The notes below the pieces were generated by a model. The model was not told where the DNA came from, searched no databases, and saw only the letters and a list, made by a program, of their open reading frames with translations. Below, piece after piece: positions 55,966 through 64,000 of a stretch of 64,000 nucleotides of DNA; positions within the stretch are counted from its first letter, which is position 1, and every line of letters starts with the position of its first letter. Origin of the DNA: Eledone cirrhosa (Eukaryota); the NCBI GenBank assembly GCA_964016885.1, contig OZ024741.1, positions 97,650,001 to 97,714,000 of the forward strand. Reading direction: 5' to 3'. A program made the translations under genes and the position numbers.

Positions 55966-56352
55966 ATGATGATGATACACATGATAGTGGTTGCATCAGT
56001 GATGATATTGATCATGATGAAAGGCTGTTGTGGGAATGGTGTCAAGAGGGCTGATCATAATGACGAGGTTAGTGTTGATATTGATGGCGTCGACGCTGTT
56101 GACGATGATGATGATGACGGTGGTGTTTTGATAGATGAGGAGAGTGGTCGTGGTGGTATTGTAGGCGGTGATTGTGGTCGTGGTGGTGTTGGAGATGGTG
56201 ATTGTGGTCGTGGTGAAGATGATGTTGGTAATGATGATGGTGGTGGTAGTTTGGATTGTGCTTATTATTATGATAATTATGCTGTTGGTGATGATGGCGC
56301 TGATGATGATGGTGATAAGGATAAGGAGGATGAAGATGATGATGAAGGTGAA

Positions 56353-56407
<55 letters not shown>

Positions 56408-56640
56408 TGGAGGAGAGGAGGATGAGGAGCTAGACTATCATGACGGTGACGAAAATGATGGCACTGCTGATAATAATAATGAAGATGACGAAAAGGACGA
56501 TGGTGTTGATGGTGATAGAGATGAGTGTGACGAAAATGAGAACAGTAGTGTTGATTTTCATAACAGAAACCCTAATGATCATGATTTGATGATGGTGAAT
56601 ATGTTGATAATAATGGTGTTGATAATGGTGCCATTCGTGA
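55966..56640. repeat. (GAT)/(GGT)-rich low-complexity decayed microsatellite
   Basis: Pure (GAT)n 56353-56407 in degenerate trinucleotide context. Confidence 0.85.
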
Positions 56641-57183
56641 AGACATAAGTGGATGAGCATCAGCTTCTAAAGGACGGTTGTTCTAGGAAATGTTACCGAA
56701 CAATAAGCACAGATTTACAGTAAATGTATATAGGGGCCGATTATGGAAGGATTTCTAATGGTCCATAGTGGGGCTGATGTTGAGGGGAATGATAATAAGA
56801 GTTTGAAGGTAAGGGTTGATTGGATGAATATATGTTAGGGATTGATAGGCGTGCGGTAGTGATTAGAATCTCTGATGTCACGCGATAACACTGTCTCTTG
56901 GTTTCCCTTGCACACTACACCTTGTTTGTTACGGTGTTTTATATTGTGCTTGTGTCACTACTTGAAAAAATGACGCATTACATCTGCATATCTTATCCAT
57001 ATACATCATTGAAACGCTACTTATTCAATCCCTTTTCTCTCGCCGTCCTGTCTCTCTGTTCATTAGTTATACGACACGCACACACACAGTGACATAATGA
57101 AATTTATAGGATGGTCTACGAATGAGTAAAAATGTGTGGCTCGATGCGCATTTACAAAGAAGTCAAGTTTTACCATCTCTCTC

Positions 57184-57220
<37 letters not shown>

Positions 57221-57369
57221 TACATAAAATCGAACAAGGCAACACTCACAATCACACATAGTCACACACACACACATACACACATACATGCGCACACAGA
57301 CACAGACACACACACACATATATATATATACACATATATGTATATACATATATATATATCTATATACAA

Positions 57370-57408
<39 letters not shown>

Positions 57409-57764
57409 CAGGCATACATATACTTAATAACCTTCCTTTCATCTTCCTGTCTCCATCTTAGCGTCGATATAATTTCTCCTTTTCATATTTTCTCTGTGAC
57501 TGGCCTTCTGCTTCTATTATTGTTTTGTCTCTCTCACCTACACTTTCCCTCTCTTTTGTTGTCCCTTTGTTTCAGTTTAGATCTATGTCTCTCACTATAA
57601 ACTTATTTGTTCCACCATAATACCTGATCGTGTGTATGTGAGTATGTATGTATTCGTATCTGTATATATATTAATATATATCTGAATATATTCAATGATA
57701 TATATCTGAATATATATATATTCAATATTAAATAAATGGAAACTATATTTATAAAACCACATTT

Positions 57765-57823
57765 ATTCTATGATATATATTTCAAGGGTACCAACACTTT
57801 GGTACGCCCTCATCAGATAAAAT
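57765..57823 (-). ncRNA. Type I hammerhead ribozyme (left arm)
   Basis: AUUUUAU-CUGAUGA-GGGCGUACCAAAGUGUUGGUACCCUU-GAAA-UAUAUA-UC-AUAGAAU. Confidence 0.85.
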
Positions 57824-57882
57824 ACAAAGTTTGTTTCATAAATATTGACATAACAAGGAAGAACTTAACGGTTCAAGTTTGT

Positions 57883-57941
57883 ATTTTATCTGATGAGAGC
57901 GTACCAAACTTTTGGTACCCTTGAAATATATATAATAGAAT
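57883..57941 (+). ncRNA. Type I hammerhead ribozyme (right arm)
   Basis: AUUUUAU-CUGAUGA-GAGCGUACCAAACUUUUGGUACCCUU-GAAA-UAUAUA-UA-AUAGAAU. Confidence 0.85.
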
Positions 57942-58127
57942 TAATATGGTTTTATAAATATAGTTTCCAATTATTTAATATCATTGAATATTATACTCCA
58001 AATCTGTCGAGTGCTCTGAATCAGTTATAAACATTTATATTTATTGAATTACCAACAAATTGAATATCCATTTTGCTTATATATATATATGTATATATAT
58101 ACACACATATATATATATTTATATATA

Positions 58128-58171
<44 letters not shown>

Positions 58172-59625
58172 ATATATATATATGTATAGATATATATATA
58201 TGAATACACACACACACACACACACACGCATATATATACATATATATATATGTGTGTGTGCGTGTATATGTGTGTGTTTGTGGGTCTGTGTGTGTACATG
58301 ATGTGTACACACATGTGAATTTACATACATACATACATTCTTGCATACATACATAACATATCTACCTACCTACATACATACATCTGAAAATCAAAAAGCA
58401 ATTCTCTGGTGGGCTGTCGTAATAGTTTATGTGGCTGTAAATTTTACTAGATTCGTCAAAACACGCGCAACGTGTTTTGTCTAAGGGGCGTTGAGAGAGT
58501 TTTAACAAAGAAATGCGATTAGAATGTTAAATTAAATAAGCAGGGGCAGAGAAAAGGAGGAACATAAATAATATGATTGAAAAAGTAAGACAGAATATAA
58601 GAAAGAAATAATGTCCATCTGCGAAAGTGCTGAAAGAAAAAATTGGATGTAAGAAAGAAATAAAAATATGATACTAAACGCCTATATCTACGGCTTATTT
58701 CCTAACTCTGGTTTTCGTTGATTTACAGAGACGAGCGGAAAATAAATCCCATTGGAAATGACGCTTGACTGTCATGTGTTGACATTCTCACCGAACGAAT
58801 TGATCTGAAGAAACAAGTGCAATCTAAACAAATTAAACAACGTCCGGGAGAAATACCCAGGGAGTCTGGCTATTTGTAAAAGGCTATTTGTCTGACTATT
58901 TGTCACTAACATATATATTATAGTAAGTTTAGAAATGTTAGTTAATTAATATACCGTAAATTGTTTGTAGTAGTAATTGTATATTTATTATTAATTCTGA
59001 TGTAGCATTGAGAAATAGTTTCTGAATGGAAATTAATTAAAATGAATTTAAAATATCATGAAAAGGGAAGAAGGCTTAATCTCCGATTACAAACCCGAAC
59101 AATTTTTCTTTTCAATAGCCATAAATAGTTTGGGGATAAGATAACGGTTTTGAAGCTACGGGTTAGTTGCATAAATATAAGTTAAATGATAGTGTTTAGA
59201 AGTAAAGAATTATTATCATGTGCAGCTTTCTGTTTCCTACTGACATTACATATTTAGTTGTTGAAAGTTTAAGTGGTTTACATTGCAATTATAAAATTCC
59301 AGTTTGGACCCAGTTGATAAGTGAACATGGGTTGATGGACAGTCTTGAACCATGTTGAATTGCGTGTCCCCTTTATTCAACCTGGAGGACCATGTCAAAC
59401 ATTCTGAGAAGTGTATATAATATTCGTTAATGTAATCAGTAGGATGAACCATTGAGAGAAGCAATGACACAATAACCCAACAAACCCATGCATATTCATT
59501 TTCTCCAAATTGGACCGAACATTGGACCGTTATTTTGTTTGCTTCATAAACAATGCTCTATGTATTCACGTAATCAAGTCTATGTTTCTGTGTAACATGT
59601 GCGGATGTAAATTGGTATACATTTT

Positions 59626-59811
59626 AATTGTTTCTACTTTTGGCACAAGGCCAGCAATTACCCAGTGTATTACTGGTACTTTATTTTATCGACCCTGTAA
59701 GGATGAAAGGCAAAGTTAACCTCGGCGGGATTTGAACTCAGAATGGAAAGGGCCGTAACTCTTTGCGTCAAAGCATGGCGTCCGACCCTCTACCAATACT
59801 GCCAATCCACC
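59626..59811 (-). mobile_element. Nin/Deu SINE with TSD
   Basis: TSD ACATTTTAAT. Confidence 0.9.
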
Positions 59812-60408
59812 ACATTTTAATGCTGTATGTTTATAAATGTTCAAACTCATTTCCTGTTTTGTGTTTCAAACAGAGCTTTTTCTATATATAATTATACATA
59901 TTCAGCTTCATTTCTCTCTTTCTGTTTCTCCCTACTGTTTATAGCAATCTCTTGGGGGATTCAAAGGATACATTTATCAACCTCTGTTAAACTAAATATT
60001 AATCATTTAGCATGAAATATTTCGGAGTTACTGAATCATGGATATAAATAATGATCAGGAGTGGATAAAGAAATGAGGCCTCAACTCTATACATCACTGG
60101 GGAAGGATTGTTGACAAATACCTTCACATTGAAACTGATATAATATAATACAATAGAAAGAGGACCGGGAATCATTGCAATACAATTTTACTGCACCTAA
60201 GTATACAATATAATCACGGAGAGTGCACAATGTCTCACCGTTTAGTTGGTGCTATGAATCCGTATCCACACACACACACACACACACTTATATATATCAC
60301 ACAGGAAATTGTCACTAATGCACTTGGGCATTGTTTTGTATATATCCGAAATAAATTAAATTAAATTAAATTAAATTAAGGGAGTCATGTCTGAGACATG
60401 CGCCATGT

Positions 60409-60474
<66 letters not shown>

Positions 60475-61215
60475 TTATTTATTAAAATAACAGTTGAAAG
60501 TTTAAGCAAAGAATTCGTGCTTTCACCTTATTTCAAAATAGTCTGAGAACTATTCCCTCAAAATCTATACTAGACGTGGGTGTGTCGACCTTACATTAGT
60601 AGACAATGTTAGTGGTAGGGCCTGCATAGAGTTAACCGCCTATACATTCAAGTAACATCTTTACATGCACGCCCATTCTTTTCTTAACCCTTTAAGAAGA
60701 AATATGACGTCACTTTCACCTTATAGCTGGAGTCTAAAAGACAACCACACCCAATATAGGTTACACTGGGAGATCCTAGCTAAAGCTAGAACATATAACA
60801 GAAATAAGAGAATATGCGATATTTGCGCCGCTGAAGCCCTGGATATACTCTACCCCAATGATCACATCTTAAACAAAAACTCTTAGGTAATTTCGGCTCG
60901 TAAACACAAATTGCATGAACCATTCCTGTACTAACGTTCCACATTATACCCTAACGGATACTACAAACAATACGCGGATAATTTACGTCTTGATGTGGTA
61001 GCTCAGTATATTTTATGTTTATGCCATTATTTATTTGTATAGGGAACGTCTTCACGAACCAAAGTATCGTCTTCCTGTTTTCCTTCGGTTGCAACGTTTT
61101 TCGAAATATTTACTTCTGCGTTCACAGATTGATTTTTTTTAATTTCAGAAGATCCTGTTAAGGGTGAAAGCAGCGAATCTTTGCTTAAATTTTAGTGTGT
61201 TATTTTAATAAATGT
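60475..61215 (+). mobile_element. PLE 3' fragment (GIY-YIG C-terminus + 3' UTR) with short inverted terminal copy
   Basis: WSLKDNHTQYRLHWEILAKARTYNRNKRICDICAAEALDIL...LNKNS; 60475-60530 inverted versus 61160-61213. Confidence 0.75.
61141..61191 (+). ncRNA. Type I hammerhead with variant core CAGAAGA
   Basis: AAUUU-CAGAAGA-UCCUGUUAAGGGU-GAA-AGCAGCGAAUCUUUGCU-U-AAAUU. Confidence 0.6.
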
Positions 61216-61317
61216 TTGCTCTATGGTTCTTATATATTTGATATATATTTGTCCTTATCGAGCCCTCTTTGGATTTTAGTCTTCATATTTAATATTATTA
61301 CTATTATTATTATCATT

Positions 61318-61359
<42 letters not shown>

Positions 61360-64000
61360 AATTATATATATATATATACATTAAATATTTACCAAACACT
61401 CTTAATTATATCATAATTTAATTTATATATATATAAAGTTTACATGAATTCATGTGTATTTTCATTCGGAGCATCATTTATTATCAATCTGTATATGATG
61501 TGATGTACTATATATATATATACCCAATCACACGTAAGTATGTACCGGTTTTATGATGTTTGATTAAATGCATTTAAATTTCTAGGACACTTAATTTAAT
61601 CATTTTTGTTATCATATTTCTTATGGAATACACTGTATATCCATTAATTAATGAAGACTTCTGAAGTGTTTACTAAAAAAAAATATCATTTCGTGAGGAG
61701 GTAATTTAAGATAAGGTACTTATAGGATTATATTGGTAGAATTTCTTTTAAATAGGAACCCTATAATATACATGTCAGTTTTACATGGGTTGGATCATAA
61801 TTGTTAATAAAGTGATTTTATGAAGATATATACAAATAATATGTACTACACTGGCTATGTTAGGTATGTGAAAATTACATACACATTTCAAATAATGCGA
61901 ATAACTCTCAAAATATCTTTGGTTGAATTTGATTTCTTCAATATGTTGTTGCTCATGAATGTGTGATCTATCATTTTATAACATTTAATGCTGTACTTGT
62001 GATTTGATTTGATACCATCTACATTGAATCAATGTTAAGCAACCTTTACTTTTTGTGAGAACTTTATTTTCAAATATTATGGGAAATCCCCCCCAACAAC
62101 CCCCCAAAAAAACCTTTCATCCCCCTGAAATTCCTTAGGGAGAGTTGACAGAAGACAAAATTGTATACTGAAACAAAAATACAAAACAATCAATATTCCT
62201 TAATATATTCCAAGCGTTTTAGGAAGACAAAGAATTGGGCTTTTGTCGGAAAAGATGTGAGCAATAGTGAGAATTTTCGCCTGGGAGTAACGGAGCAGAT
62301 GAATTTTTCACGAGACTAATGATCACTGGCTCATATGATAATGACACGTGCCAAGTGCTTTAGTAATATCTATTTATGCATATATTTGTATGTGCGATTA
62401 GTATGTATACGTGTGTCTGATGTGGTTTTCAAGATAATTGTGGTTTGTGTGTTGTATTGTGAGAAACGAATGACTTGTAATGGCCTTTGTATAGTGCATC
62501 TGCTTATTCGTAATATATAGAGAGGTAATATGATATACACGACTTATCAAATATGATGAGTACTTTTCTATGTATATGTGTGTTATACATTTTTTGTGAA
62601 AAATTTCAGGGTTATATGGTGCACATTGAATTAAATAGTTTTGCAGCGGATGTTTCTAACACATGGTTCGCATATGAATTGGAGTGTGTCACTTAATAAA
62701 AAAAAAAGTATGGAGCGAATTTGTTAATGAGGGTGGAGTGGTGTAAAATGTGATGCTTACGCGTACTGTATGGTTTGGTGTGTAAAAGTCTAAATTCATC
62801 TGGATATATGTGATTAACGTTATGTTTTATACATGAGCGAACACTTTGAACCATTAGAATAGCATTGAGTCTTGGAATTTAATTAATTAGGATTATATGA
62901 AGATGTTATTTGTCAGACAGCCATTCATAAATGTATATATTTTAATCACTAAAATATCAGAACATACGCTCTGTTCTCGCTTTGTCTCTCTTATAACTCC
63001 CACATCTAACTTTCTTTCTCCCTACCCCAACTTCTTATCTCTTTCTCCTCTCTCATTCTTGTTCTCTTTCTCTCTCATTCTCTCTCGCACTGTCGCTACG
63101 CATTTTTCGATCATTTTCTATTTCCCTCTGCATATCATCCAGTTCGTCATTCATTTGTTACAGACCATGACCCCATCATTTTAGTTATTCAACGTGTTTA
63201 CTTATGTTTACTTGGTCTATATTCTTCAAATATATTTATCACCACCCCATCTCACTTCTCGCATCACTTTAACATCCCACCCAATCCTTAACGCCTTTCT
63301 TTGATGTCTCTACCACAACCCCTCTGTAATTGTCACTTCATCATTCAAGAGCCAGATATCATAAATGCTACGATGTATATTTTAAATTATGCCTCATATT
63401 GTATACTCAATGTAATATTAATTTATTCAAATTACGTTTTTAATTGAAAATAATATAACCGATATGCCACAGTAATGAAATTTAATCGTATGGACTCAAT
63501 GTCACGTGCAACTAAATGATATGTATAGGACTTATGTTGCACCAGAAAAGAAAATCGAGCTTTTGTTAATATCTTCCGTATCTGTATTGATTCACATTAG
63601 TTTAAAGTGCAGTTAGGAAGAATTTATTTTGTAACGATGTGTAAAATTTTATGAACTAATATAGGAATATTTTATGACAAATCCTCCTGGAATTGTATTC
63701 TAACATTATAAAAAAAATGAATTTCATATGGGATAATATATTCCTTAAAATACCGTGTTTCGGGCACGACAGCAGCTTAAACGATTTATTGCCACTGATT
63801 ACCAAGAACAAATAAAAGCAGCAATGTGGTCGCTTAACTGGAACGAAAGAGCACACAGCCCTCCCAGTAATGACATCATAGTGTCTTACAAACGAAAGTG
63901 TATATCAACAACTTTCGTCCTAGATACTCCCAGGTTGTTGAGGACAGAAATTACTTTGCGCTAAATATGCTATACAAACAGAATGTAAATATCAATAGTT

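Larger units (their letters stand above)
57719..58035. mobile_element. Head-to-head palindromic mini-element with one hammerhead per arm
   Basis: ~110-bp arms 57719-57828 and 57878-57990; TA-rich flanks. Confidence 0.85.

Noticed and set aside
55966-56433. 155-aa Asp/Gly-rich ORF
   Set aside because: Explained by decayed (GAT)n; overlapping frames are also open and no domain is recognisable.
58445-58485. Hairpin CAAAACACG/CGTGTTTTG resembling HHR stem II
   Set aside because: No CUGANGA box.

Overview
AT-rich, microsatellite-dense animal DNA. The repeat content (Nin/Deu-domain tRNA SINE, (TA)n/(CA)n/(ATGT)n tracts, Penelope-type ends) strongly resembles an octopus/cephalopod genome; that assignment is from recollection, not a search. 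No host protein-coding gene is confidently identifiable, and almost all ORFs in the track are microsatellite artefacts. Recognisable coding remnants are all transposon-derived: two Tx1/L1-type LINE 3' ends, a decayed Gypsy gag-pol, a Helitron with both termini, an RTE-type endonuclease fragment, and several Penelope-like elements (PLEs), including a near-intact RT+GIY-YIG copy in a 4.2-kb head-to-head palindrome. The most striking unannotated signal is about a dozen hand-folded type I hammerhead-ribozyme (HHR) motifs of several unrelated sequence families. They sit in small non-coding elements inserted in (TA)n tracts, arranged either as head-to-head palindromes with 3' ends outward or as monomer-plus-partial tandem repeats (retrozyme/circRNA-like). 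One family has a non-canonical CAGANGA core with stem-I covariation. A 200-N scaffold gap lies at 38212-38411.
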